Source: Octopus bimaculoides (lineage: Eukaryota). Taken from it: a stretch of DNA of 40,020 nt. Position 1 is the first letter of the stretch. Each line of letters opens with the position of its first letter. Under the pieces are notes generated by a model, which saw nothing but the letters and a program-made list of their open reading frames with translations, did no database searches and was not told the origin of the DNA. The DNA is taken from the NCBI RefSeq assembly GCF_001194135.2, contig NC_068981.1, forward strand, positions 51,041,006 to 51,081,025, given 5' to 3'. Of this stretch, positions 11,411-23,186 are shown one piece after another. Position numbers and translations under genes: made by a program.

Positions 11411-13603
11411 GCATTGAACAGGAAATATGATATAGAAAGAAAAGGCTTGAAAGTGGTAATGGAGGAACTGAAACAGGGTCTCGTTGCAGTGAATGCAAAT
11501 ATGGCAAGATACGACCGAAGAATGAAGGGATACCAGCAGAATAGATTATTCAGAATAGATCATAAGAGATTCTATAAAGAAATAAATGGAGAGTGTGCAG
11601 ATGAAAAGTTGATACCAGATAACATTGAAAGTCAAAGGTTTTGGAGTGAAACCTGGAGTAAAGACAAGAAGCACAAGAAGGATGCTGAATGGTTGCAAGA
11701 AATGAAACAAACAAGAGTCTGTCAGAAACAGGCAGAGCAAGGCATTTCAGTTAGGGAAGTGAAAGAAATCAGCAAAACATAGGCAACTAGAAGGCCCCGA
11801 GACAAGATGGAGTTCATGCCTACTGGATCAAAAGCTTTGGTGAATGTCATGCACGAATAGCTGCAAAACTCAACACCTTGTTAAATGCCGACCAAGTCAA
11901 ACCAGAGTAGTTGACATTGGGTAAGACAGTGCTGTACTTGAAAAAACATCGAAAAAGGCAATGCGATACACAATTGCAGGCCGACATGCTGCTTGACACT
12001 TATGTGGAAATTATTGACTGCAATACTCGCAGAGTCAATGTACGGACATCTCTGGAAAAAATGGAGTCCAGCCACATTAGCTGAATGGTTGCAAGCGTAA
12101 GTGCAGAGGTACGAAGGATCAACTCTTGGTAGGCAAAACTGTACTTAGAGACTGCAAGAGGAGGAAAACTAACTTAGCCATGTCATGACTCGATTATTGT
12201 AAGGCTTACGATATGATCCTACGTTCTTGGATTATGGAATGTATGAATCTATTTGGTATTGCATCGAATGTTGAGCTATTGCTTGGAAAACGTATGGCGA
12301 AGTGGAGAACGGACCTGACAATATATGGAAGAAGTTTAGGGACAATAGAACTCAGGGAAGGCATCTTCCAGGGGGACCTCCTCTCCCCACTGACCTTTGT
12401 ACTGTGCATGATACCACTAACACTCATTCTGAGGAAAGCAAATACTGGGTTATATTCAAAAGTCACCAGCAAAATGTCAACCACTTGTTATTCATGGATG
12501 ACCTCAAACTTTATGGTAAAGATGAAGCCCAAGTCAGTTTCTTCGTTGATACGGTGTATAGTTTTAATGCTGTATGTACCAAGAAAAAGGGGCAAGAAGA
12601 CTAATTGGATGCGGACACAGCATTAGAGAAGGATAAAGCAAGATAGCGTAGTATGTAAAAAATGCCACAGAAACGCTATTATTAGAAGTAAGAAGGTCAG
12701 GCTTGTGTAGGATAAAGGTTTACTAAGATAAAGCATTATACAAGCACTTGAGAATGAATGAAACTGAAAATGTGTGGATAAAAAACAAGAATACATGAAC
12801 AATTTCATAGGGATGTCGAAGATCAGACAAACAGAGAAAATGGTAGCTATGGATGACTAAAAGTAATTTAAAACCGGAAACGGTGGGTCTAATCTGTGCT
12901 GCCCCAAAGCAAGCATTAAGAACCAATGATGTCAAATACAGAATAGACAACACATCATAAAGTGATAAGTGCAGTATTTGTGGACAAAATGGTGAAACCG
13001 TATGGTATATTACCAGTCAATGTACGCCACTAGCTCAGAAAGAATATAAGAGACAACAATATAGCAAGGATTGTAATCCATTGGACACTTTGCAACAAGC
13101 ATGGAGTTGACAGATCAAAATATTGGTACGAACATAATCCCGAAGGCATCATCGAAAAGCGAAATGCAAAGATTCTATGGGATTTTATGATTCAGTGTGA
13201 CCATGAAATAAAGAATATGAAACTAGACAGAGTGTTAATTGAGAAAGAAATCAAACAATGCTGGATCATAGATATATCATGTCCAGCTGACAACAAGGTA
13301 TGCGATAAGGAAGGAGGAAAAGTCGATAGATATGGCAGATTAGCTTGGGAGGTTGAGCATTTGTGGTCGCTGAAAACCGTGGTAGTTTTATCAATAATTG
13401 GGAACAGTGTTTAAAAATCTTGAAAAGTACATGGAACAAATAGGGGCTACAATAAGGGTGGAGTACTTTCAGAAATCACTACTGCTTGGAACCGCTCGAA
13501 TAGTCCAGATGGTGCTCGAAAAATAAGGGGTGTTCCCTTAGTTCACTGTTACTGAATAGCTGCCGCCGTAGCATATCCCCAGCGTTAGGATCTGTGGAGA
13601 AGC
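11411..13603 (+). mobile_element. R4/Dong-like LINE copy 2: pre-RT region, RT, CCHC, RLE and 3' UTR; pseudogenised with an internal deletion
   Basis: EELKQ...QQNRLF...RFY...FWSETW; KAP..DG; [14 protein letters not shown]; DYCKAYDMI; GIFQGDLLSP; NHLLFMDDLKLY; LYVPRK; CSICGQNGETVWYITSQC; KILWDF; IIDISCPADNKV..KEGGKVDRY; QKSLLLGTARIV; stop at 13524-13526; (AAT)n tail at 13604-13720. Confidence 0.95.
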
Positions 13604-13607
13604 AATA

Positions 13608-13919
<312 letters not shown>

Positions 13920-13920
<1 letters not shown>

Positions 13921-14108
13921 TTGTTAACTGAGGTGATTGATTCGAAAGTGAGAGAACAAAGAGTATATGAACACGAGATCGGAGCTGTGTTGGCAAATCA
14001 TAATTATAGAGTTTGTGGTATTTCCTCAAAAAATAGGCAGTACTAGCGAAACAAGGAGACCTGATACGGTAATAGTTGACCAAAAACAAAAACAAAAAAA
14101 TTACTACA
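13920..14108 (+). mobile_element. R4/Dong-like RLE fragment (copy 4)
   Basis: RRPDTVIVDQK at 14054 matches the RPDIV motif of the RLE; begins right after (AAT)n at 13884-13919. Confidence 0.5.
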
Positions 14109-14440
14109 TCTGTCTCCGTATTCTTTCTATTATTTTTTTTATCTCTCTCTGTGTTTCAACTTGACGGGATCACTGTTAATTCCGGCGCTTAAGTATCCCC
14201 AATTAGCTCCGATATACGCATGCATTTAAATATTTACATATTTAAGTATTTATATATGCTGACAACATATATCGTGTAGAAGTAATACTAACATTTTTCG
14301 TATGGGAGACATTTGGTGGGTAAACTCTTTTGTATGTTACTATTTATGTCAACATATTATTGTTTCACATGTTACGAATCATCACAGTCTCTCAATAATC
14401 ATTCAACCCATCCGTTTAATTAAGTATGAACAGTATTAGG

Positions 14441-14512
<72 letters not shown>
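14441..14512. repeat. (ATT)n microsatellite
   Basis: Direct reading. Confidence 0.97.
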
Positions 14513-14513
<1 letters not shown>

Positions 14514-17500
14514 GCTATTGTTGGTGTTGTAGTTGTTGTCGTCGTTGTTAAATTAAATAGACTTGATATCAATAGAGCATAAGTACTGTTGGTTGGTGAT
14601 TGATTGCAGCAATAAACATTTTAATTCGTTCTGGCTTACGTAATATTTTAAATTACCTTGTTAATGTTCAGGGGTTTTTTACAGCTTAGCTCCATTATGA
14701 TTTTAATACGCTATTCTGTTGCAATGATGCTAAAATCTAATAAACGTAGAATCTAAAGCCACCGGAATAAATATTCATCTTCCCAAATACAATTAAATAA
14801 ATTGTTTATGAAATATTTTCAACGTAACAATGTTTCGAAGCTTAAAATATATTTTTCAAACAACAGTGAAAATCACTATAATTGTAAGGAGAACATTTAC
14901 AGACAATGGCATGTGTGATAATAAAGGTATTCTATACTATTCAAGTCACTGAATCCAGTTGTTTTCTATAATGCATGTTAAATGAGAGCCACAACTGAAT
15001 GAGTGAAAAATGTTTTTGAATAAAAACCGAAACATTGACTTTGCGTACACTATCATGACTGTACGGCGATAAAATCTCTCCATATTTTGGCTATAACGTA
15101 ACTGAATGTCCCTTTCTAAATATACTAAACGGCTTGATGCAATTCAAGAGGTTGTGAATCGGAAAGCCTCGATGGAAGTGAACATTTTTTATGACATTTT
15201 GGAAGAAATGGAAGCCAATAGCTTTAAGGAGCAAACTCTATAAATAATTAATATTTATATACGTAGACATTATGCTTTTCATTTTCAGAGAGATAGCCTA
15301 TATTTGCAGAGGCCTTAAAGTTCCTTTCGTAGCAGCTCCTCTGTTCTCCAAATTTTACAGGACTATAAGCATGTACGTAATTGTGTTCCGGATTTAAGAA
15401 AAAAACATCAACATTATAGTTTTACTTTACTCGTATACACAAACAAAATATCGTCCGAAAATTGTCTGTCTTCTCTCATCACAACGTTCATATCGTCATC
15501 AAGTAAAAAATCATTCTCGAATTAGTTTAAATCTAGCATCGGTTGTCACTCAAACTTTTTTGCTCGCATTATTTTTGAACTGTTCTCTCTTTTCATGAAT
15601 GCGTAACTCTCGTATGTTGTGTCCCAGACGTCGTAGAAAACAATTTCATACAATGTCCCGATATAAGATATTTAAATCGGCCATTTCGAAGGGGACGGGC
15701 ATTTGTAAACAACAATCATTTTCATCTTGAGATTCGTTTTTATCTTCAATCATAGTGATATGATTGAAGATGAAAACTTGGTTAAAAAGTTCTATTCTAT
15801 CTCGTTAACCAGGAAACTTTCATTTAGAGAAACTACAAAACCAATTTACTGCCATTGCTATCAGGGAGTGTCCACTGGGATTAGCAGCAACGTACTACCT
15901 GATATTCTAATTCAACACCTCTCAGACAATTCTGCTGCATTCTATTTAACGTGGCCATCCGCAACGACAAGAATATTATACATTCCAGACTAATTTCCAT
16001 CTCCAAGAACAGAAATTGTATCCCACATTATCTTTACAACACTTAGATTGTGGCTCTTTTAAATGCAAAAATATCATAGATCACTTCCAGCATGTAATAT
16101 TTGGCTGATTTGCAAACACATTCTTCAATATGCTACAATCACTTGTTAGAAATAAAACTTCAATGACCTGTGTTGAACGGGAAAAAAGTAAAGCAGAAAG
16201 ATATAGGGAAGCTACAAACGTGATCCCTGGTCTCAAGTAATGAGAAGGACAATGCAGCTCATGTAATAATACCAAATCACTCGAGAGTGGCAATTCTTTA
16301 GGATATAGATTTTTTGGTTTATATTTAGTTTAAACAAGCAGTTCTACGTATGTTCTTTGCAAGCCTTCTTCGTAGACCAGTGGAGGCTGCGTGAAAACAC
16401 CACAGAAATTGGTAAGAAAATTTAAAATCTACCAAAACATATCTATTGAAACCCCATACATCAATGCTTCTACAGAAATGTAAAATACATATACTACTGA
16501 TCAGAAAAAGAAATAGAAAATTGATATTTTGTATTTGTGACTGAAATTATTCAGCTTCGTGTGTGGAGTAAAGTATAGTGAGAACGAAAATGTATATTGA
16601 AGAAATTAGATCAGCGAAACATCTGCAGGCATTTCTAGGAATTTCCAGACTTGGTTTATACAGAAAATATTTCTTCCATTTCTACCTAAGCGTGAGTGAA
16701 TATTAAGAATGTTTCCAAAGCCAATATTATTTTATTAAAAGGAGAAACACGGCCATAAATTGCTTGTAATATAAATAAGTAGGAATTTATAGTAATGTGG
16801 CAGAAAATTATGATATTGAAGTCAATTTTTTAACAGTAATTCGGTATGAAGTTAGTGAACTTGTGCATATAATTATGGATAAAAATGAAGCTATCGACTA
16901 TTATGAAATTAATATCAAGTCCTTTTTATTGATTTTCTGGGGTTTTTTTTACTATGCATGTCTCGTTAACCCGCAGGCACACACAGAGGTATATGTCTGG
17001 ATAGATACGTATACTATGCATTACTATACATTTATAATACATTTTTTAATTAATTTATTAATTAACGGAACGCAAGGCACCGTTGGTTATATATATATAT
17101 ATNNNNNNNNNNNNNNNNNNNNNNNNNNNNNNNNNNNNNNNNNNNNNNNNNNNNNNNNNNNNNNNNNNNNNNNNNNNNNNNNNNNNNNNNNNNNNNNNNN
17201 NNNNNNNNNNNNNNNNNNNNNNNNNNNNNNNNNNNNNNNNNNNNNNNNNNNNNNNNNNNNNNNNNNNNNNNNNNNNNNNNNNNNNNNNNNNNNNNNNNNN
17301 NNNNNNNNNNNNNNNNNNNNNNNNNNNNNNNNNNNNNNNNNNNNNNNNNNNNNNNNNNNNNNNNNNNNNNNNNNNNNNNNNNNNNNNNNNNNNNNNNNNN
17401 NNNNNNNNNNNNNNNNNNNNNNNNNNNNNNNNNNNNNNNNNNNNNNNNNNNNNNNNNNNNNNNNNNNNNNNNNNNNNNNNNNNNNNNNNNNNNNNNNNNN

Positions 17501-17799
17501 NNNNNNNNNNNNNNNNNNNNNNNNNNNNNNNNNNNNNNNNNNNNNNNNNNNNNNNNNNNNNNNNNNNNNNNNNNNNNNNNNNNNNNNNNNNNNNNNNNNN
17601 NNNNNNNNNNNNNNNNNNNNNNNNNNNNNNNNNNNNNNNNNNNNNNNNNNNNNNNNNNNNNNNNNNNNNNNNNNNNNNNNNNNNNNNNNNTATATATATA
17701 TATATATATATATTCAATTGGAGGTTAAATAAACCTCATTAAGAAATAATAATACCCAATGAATTTCTGGATACTTACCTATTAAATAATTCCTATAGC

Positions 17800-18085
17800 T
17801 ACTACACTGGATGTACCACAAATTTTTAACAAAGATATTATGCACATTTAAACTCGTTTAAATATTAAGAGAATAGCAATTCCACATCACTAGCCATCTA
17901 CGTACAGAATCTAATGAATAGAAAAATACAATAGAGACTTTCCTAGGCTCTAATAGACTCTGGTATCCTGTGTCAGTGCCAGCACATCATTTGTTGACTC
18001 TGCTTAAAAGAAGCCCAAAAAAATTTAACACATAACTCACCACAATTGCATAATAAACAAAGCGAAGCACAAATTCTTCCGCACT
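17800..18085 (+). mobile_element. PLE GIY-YIG endonuclease remnant (resembles Naiad-type)
   Basis: YYTGCTTNF*QRYYAHLNSFKY*ENSNSTSLAIYVQNL ... LCLKEA ... LHNKQSE, matching the YIG.T..FK.RY.NH..SF...ST.LS / C.LCL.EK / LLNKRSE pattern. Confidence 0.6.
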
Positions 18086-19083
18086 TTTAAATTCTTTCAT
18101 AAATCTAAATGTAAGATCAACCCCACGAATAACACCCACATACACACTTCCATGGTTATTAACACATACCTCTCTGTATCTCTTCCATCAACCTTACCAC
18201 ATCACATTATAATATCAATATTAATTCTTTAATTTATTTTTAAACCTTAACCTAACAGATCCCCTAATATTTAATTATAACTCCAACTCCTAAATAATTT
18301 AATATTCAACAATTTTCTCCATTCACGACTACCTACACATAACCCCATTACTACAAGTACCTCTACAGCCACTGTTCGTCGCCAGAACAGACGCAAGTAT
18401 TTACTGCTAGATTCCCCCCCCCCACCCAACGCCTATAGACTAGAAGAATACCACTGGCACCTACTACATTCTTTAGATTCCTTTCATTTTGCTCTATTTT
18501 GTTTATTTTCTTACGTTATCTTCCTCTACCTCCTCCTACTCTCTCTTCTTGGCTATTTTTGTACACTATATTCTTAGACACTATATGTTTATATCCCTTA
18601 CTTTATCCTTAAAGCCAATCCTTAACTTCCTCCCTCACTCTATCTACCTCTCTTTCTATTTATTTACTTTTCTTTCTTTTTACCACTTAATAGCCACCTC
18701 CGCTAACATTCTCTTATTGAACGATGATATGTTCGCGTCTATCAGGGCTTTAACCGACATGAATTTATGCAGGATTGCACCTACGGGCATGTGAACTTCT
18801 TTCTACAAGATCGGAAATTTGAACTGTGAACGGTTATGATTCTTTTTTCTTATCTTTTTTCATCTCCTTATTCCTTTACTCCTGTCCTCTATGTCGTCAT
18901 TTCATTAATCTAGACCCTTCTGGTTTTCCATAATTTTCTCCAATGACAGAATATCTCATACTCTGAGATATCCTAGAAACAGCTGTTAGACTTTAAATTT
19001 TTTCCAATAATAATAATGTATATGACTTGAGATGTTTGGCTTGCCTTAAAATTTTTGTCCTCTTTAACAATTACGTAAGAACT

Positions 19084-19130
<47 letters not shown>

Positions 19131-19316
19131 NNNNNNNNNNNNNNNNNNNNNNNNNNNNNNNNNNNNNNNNNNNNNNNNNNNNNNNNNNNNNNNNNNNNNN
19201 NNNNNNNNNNNNNNNNNNNNNNNNNNNNNNNNNNNNNNNNNNNNNNNNNNNNNNNNNNNNNNNNNNNNNNNNNNNNNNNNNNNNNNNNNNNNNNNNNNNN
19301 NNNNNNNNNNNNNNNN

Positions 19317-19349
19317 GGCTGATATATCCTCCAGCCTTCGTCAGGTGTC
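19317..19349 (-). ncRNA. Hammerhead ribozyme 5' part (stem I strand, core, stem II), truncated by an assembly gap
   Basis: Minus strand GACAC-CTGACGA-A-GGCTG-gaggatatat-CAGCC, then N; the GAAA and stem III would lie in the gap. Confidence 0.55.
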
Positions 19350-19432
19350 TTCGGGAAATTTCGAACCTGGGTTCTCATTCCTAACGATGTTACTATTATT
19401 ATATTATTATTATTATTATTACAATTATTAAT

Positions 19433-19494
19433 CAGGTCGAACTCGAAACCTTGGGGTTAGTAGCCCGCGCTCTTAACCACTACGCCATATGCCC
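19433..19494 (-). mobile_element. tRNA-like (Pol III) head embedded in a PLE 3' region
   Basis: Minus strand GGGCATA-TGGCGTAGTGG (consensus A box)-TTAAGAGCGC-GGG-CTACTAA-CCC-CAAGGTTTC-GAGTTCGA (truncated B box). Confidence 0.7.
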
Positions 19495-19523
19495 GTGGGC
19501 AATTATGGGGTGAATTTTAAGGC

Positions 19524-19724
19524 TTATAAATCTATTATTTTTCTATCCTTCCTTAATACCGGTTCCCATATGCTATTCATATCTGCACTCGGTCTGCTTA
19601 GGAGGTTGTTGTGTCCTAGCGTATGTGCTGCTTCTTTTAGTTTTCGTATTTTCCAGTGTTGTTCCCTGTCTATTATTTTAACTTCATCCCACAGGGGGAG
19701 GTGGTTTCCATCCCACAGGGGGAG
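19524..19724 (-). mobile_element. PLE GIY-YIG endonuclease C-terminus (Penelope/Poseidon-like)
   Basis: HLPLWDEVKIIDREQHWKIRKLKEAAHTLGHNNLLSRPSADMNSIWEPVL matches the H...W..VKI.D.E..W..RK.KEA.HI...N....L..IW motif. Confidence 0.85.
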
Positions 19725-21247
19725 CTGATCATGTATGGAAAAATGGAAACCACCTCCCCCTGTGTTAACAACAAACAAGATGAGGACAAATATCCGTCAA
19801 ATGTAAATAATGTAAATAATGTATATACGTACTTATTTACAATAGTGAAGAAACTGGCACCCCTAAATTCAATTTGTGTTAATCAAATAAGTAAAAGAGA
19901 GTCTATTTGTCATATTCTAAAATAAGTAGCCTTCAAAATATCGAAGTATCATTAATGGTAATTTAATATATAATAAGGAAAGAAAGGATGAAAGAAAGAA
20001 AAAAGAAATAATATAGAAAACAGTTGATAGGCTATATTTATAAGGAGCAAGGAAAATATGTTATATCAAAGAGAAAAATGTTATAGTAATATTAGGGTTT
20101 AAGGAATAAAATGCTCATGTGTGCAATTTATAATATAAGTAAATAAAGGAAGAAAGAAACAAAATAGGAGCATAGTAAATATGTTATTTGTATAAATAAA
20201 AGAGTAAGGACAAATTCCTTATATCAATTTTTATTATTATTATTATTATTTTAAGTTTAAGCGATGACATGCTTACGTGTGCAAAATATAGTGGCCAAGG
20301 GGAGGTAAATATAGGTAATTACATTATCTAGGAAATACGAAAAGTATAGAAAAATAATTATCATAGATAAAAATATATTATATATTTTATTACCTATATA
20401 TTATATTACTTAAAATTTTATAAATATATCTATCCCTATATCAATTTGATACTCAAATATACGGTTTATTACTATATATTACTCATCTTTATATTTTTAA
20501 CGTATACCCAAAGCATATTATATCATACTTTATACTGACTTCTCTAAAGATACTAACTCCTCACCTCTTTATATGGTTTATACTAAGTTTTTTCTATAAA
20601 ACAATACTCAGCCAAAATACTCCGTACAATTAACACAATAAACATAAAAATGTAATGGTACATCCTTTTTCTACCTCCGATGAGATTTAACTTTACAGTG
20701 GTTTAATTATTTTCATTAATTTTTAAAGTCTGAATCGAAACAGCTGCCAGAGATTATGTCTATTTTTGTAATTAATGAATATAATTCTTAATTGATTTAT
20801 CTATATTTAATTTTTTTTGTTATGTGTGCGTGTGTGTGTTTGTGGTTTGTGTATGTATGTGTGTGTGTGTGTGTGATTTCGTGCGTGTGTGTATGCATGT
20901 GCCTGTGTCTCTGTACATACATATTGAGAATTTTTTACAAACACATGAGGTACAGTTACAACATTTAAAGAAAGATTTCCTGAAAAGTTAATGGAGAAAA
21001 TCTTCGAAAAGCAGAATTGTATTGGTTTTGGTTACTCGTATGCTTTTTTGTGTGTGCCTCAAGTAACTTGGAGGTGAATGAAAAGGCAAGTATGTTGTAA
21101 GCAGCACTCTCGCGTAAAGAATAGCGACATATTTTGTTCGTGTACGAGGATTGTAGACCAATTACGCATTAATGGATGTTCCGGGGATGAATGACTTCAA
21201 GAATATGATGGAGTAGGTAGATTGCTGTTTACATGAAATGGATTAAT

Positions 21248-21263
21248 GAGTAGTAGTAGTAGC

Positions 21264-21307
<44 letters not shown>

Positions 21308-21530
21308 NNNNNNNNNNNNNNNNNNNNNNNNNNNNNNNNNNNNNNNNNNNNNNNNNNNNNNNNNNNNNNNNNNNNNNNNNNNNNNNNNNNNNNNNNNNNN
21401 NNNNNNNNNNNNNNNNNNNNNNNNNNNNNNNNNNNNNNNNNNNNNNNNNNNNNNNNNNNNNNNNNNNNNNNNNNNNNNNNGTGGTGGTGGTGGTGGTGGT
21501 GGTGGTGATGATGATGAAGAAGAAGAGTAA
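21248..21530. repeat. (TAG)n, gap, then (GGT)n/(GAT)n/(GAA)n compound trinucleotide tract
   Basis: Direct reading. Confidence 0.93.
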
Positions 21531-21962
21531 AGAGGTTTTGTTGGCAGGGGATTAGTACGGTAACTGAGGTTGAACAGAATGTATTGTATGAGAAATATCG
21601 GATGGGATATGATGGCCAGCAACAAGTTCAGGCAGGTCAGAGTTAACCAGAGGCAGTTATTTCATGTTGTTCGTATTGTCGGTGGGGGCTGATCAATTAG
21701 CTGATCAATTAGCGAAAAGCGGGACAAAATGGCAGCAGTGTCATTGAAATATGATACATGCGTCATTCCTGCTAGGGAGGAGCCGAACCAAGCATTGAGC
21801 GGGGTGTCAATTGTGAGCTCTAGCCATTTATGTTTATTAACGATATGCGTTTTGTTCATTATAGTGACGAAGAGTAGTAACATTTGTAAAGTGGGTCGAT
21901 GCAATCGTCTAGAACCCTTCCCAATAATTTCATCCCTTCGGCATATAAAAGAAAAAAATTAT

Positions 21963-22040
21963 GAGCTGGCAGATTCGATAGCATGCCAGGCAAAATGCTT
22001 TGTGCCATTTCTTTCGTCTTTACGTTCGAATTCCACCGAG
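21963..22040 (+). mobile_element. SINE family A 5' part, cut off by the adjacent LINE fragment
   Basis: GAGCTGGCAGATTCGATAGCATGCCAGGCAAAATGCTT...TTCCACCGAG aligns with 4728-4805. Confidence 0.65.
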
Positions 22041-23085
22041 TTCAATTGCTTGTACAGTGCTTTATCTTTGCAATCTTTCATCCTACACAAGCCTGACCGT
22101 CTTACTTCTTATAATAGCGGTTCTGTGGCCTTTTTTTTTCATACCATGTTATGTTGGTTTCTTCTGCTCTAATGCTGTGTTCGCATCCAATAAGTCCTCC
22201 TCCCTTTCATTTTCTTTGTACATACAGCCTGTCTGTGTCACTTTTTGGGTGGAGTGTCCATGCGATAACCCCTGTTCCATATCTAAGGAGTGAAACCGTC
22301 CATGTGTTAATAGCTTCAATCTTATTCTGTCCGTTTAATTTCGACTTAAAGATCAGTCTCAGTCTGCGCAAGCACTCCACCTTAAATTTTTCTGCCATTT
22401 CTTTCTCCATTAATTACTCAATTTCGAAAATCTCCTTCATAACCTCTCCCGACGGTATTGTTAGCTCGTCCATACATTTGATTTTGCCTCTCTTTAAGTC
22501 TAACACACCACACTTTCTCAGTCCGAACTCCATTCTGATATCAGCACTGAAAGTATACACTGTATCAACGAGGGAACTGACTTGAAATTTATCTTTACCA
22601 TAACGTTCGAGGTCGTCCATGAATAACAAATATTTGACTTTTTGTTGGCGGCTTTTGAATACATACCTAGCTTTTGCTTTCCTGAAAATCTGTGTTAATG
22701 GTATCAAGCACAGTACAAAGATCACTGGGGACAGGCAGTACCCTTGGAAGATGCCCCTCTTAATTTCTACTGTCCCTCAACTTCTTCCGTATGCTGTCAG
22801 GTCCGTCCTCCAATTCGCCATACTTTTTCCAAGTAATCCCTCAACATTCGATGCAATACCAAACAGGTTCATACACTCCATAATCCAAGAATGTGTGATC
22901 ATATCGTACGTTTACGATAGTCGATACATGACATGGCTAAGTTAGTTATCCTCCTCTTGCAGTCTCTAATTACAGTTTTGTCTCTCAGGCGTTGATCTTT
23001 GGTACTTACGCTTGCAACTCTTTTGCTCATGTGGCAGAACTCCACTTTTCCAGATGTTCGTACATTGACTCTGAAGAGAATAGTA
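22041..23085 (-). mobile_element. R4/Dong-like RT fragment of the same subfamily as copy 2, inverted and truncated at both ends
   Basis: YLLFMDDLERYGKDKFQVSSLVDTVYTFSADIRMEFGLRKC; KSKLNGQNKIEAINTW; LHPKSDTDRLYVQRK. The nucleotide sequence aligns by eye with ~12020-12750. Confidence 0.93.
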
Positions 23086-23106
23086 AGAATGCGGCTGTCC
23101 GTTTTA

Positions 23107-23107
<1 letters not shown>

Positions 23108-23183
<76 letters not shown>
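23108..23183. repeat. (GT)n microsatellite
   Basis: Direct reading. Confidence 0.97.

Positions 23184-23186
<3 letters not shown>

Noticed and set aside
15440-15710. Acidic minus-strand peptide (MRAKKFE*...FLLDDDM...FSDD) and TGTCCC motifs suggesting a second piggyBac 5' end
   Set aside because: No catalytic-domain motif follows; compositional resemblance only.
15727-16300. Weak cadherin-like or LRR-like words on the minus strand (e.g. KNVFANQPNIT)
   Set aside because: Multiple stops, no diagnostic motif and no clear splice context; needs a profile search.
19433-19494. Functional tRNA gene
   Set aside because: The T-arm and the 3' acceptor strand are missing, so it is treated as a tRNA-derived head.
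21540-21720. Possible PLE N-terminal region on minus (LNLLLAIISHPIFLIQ)
   Set aside because: Resemblance to the SH..FL..C motif is too short to support a call.
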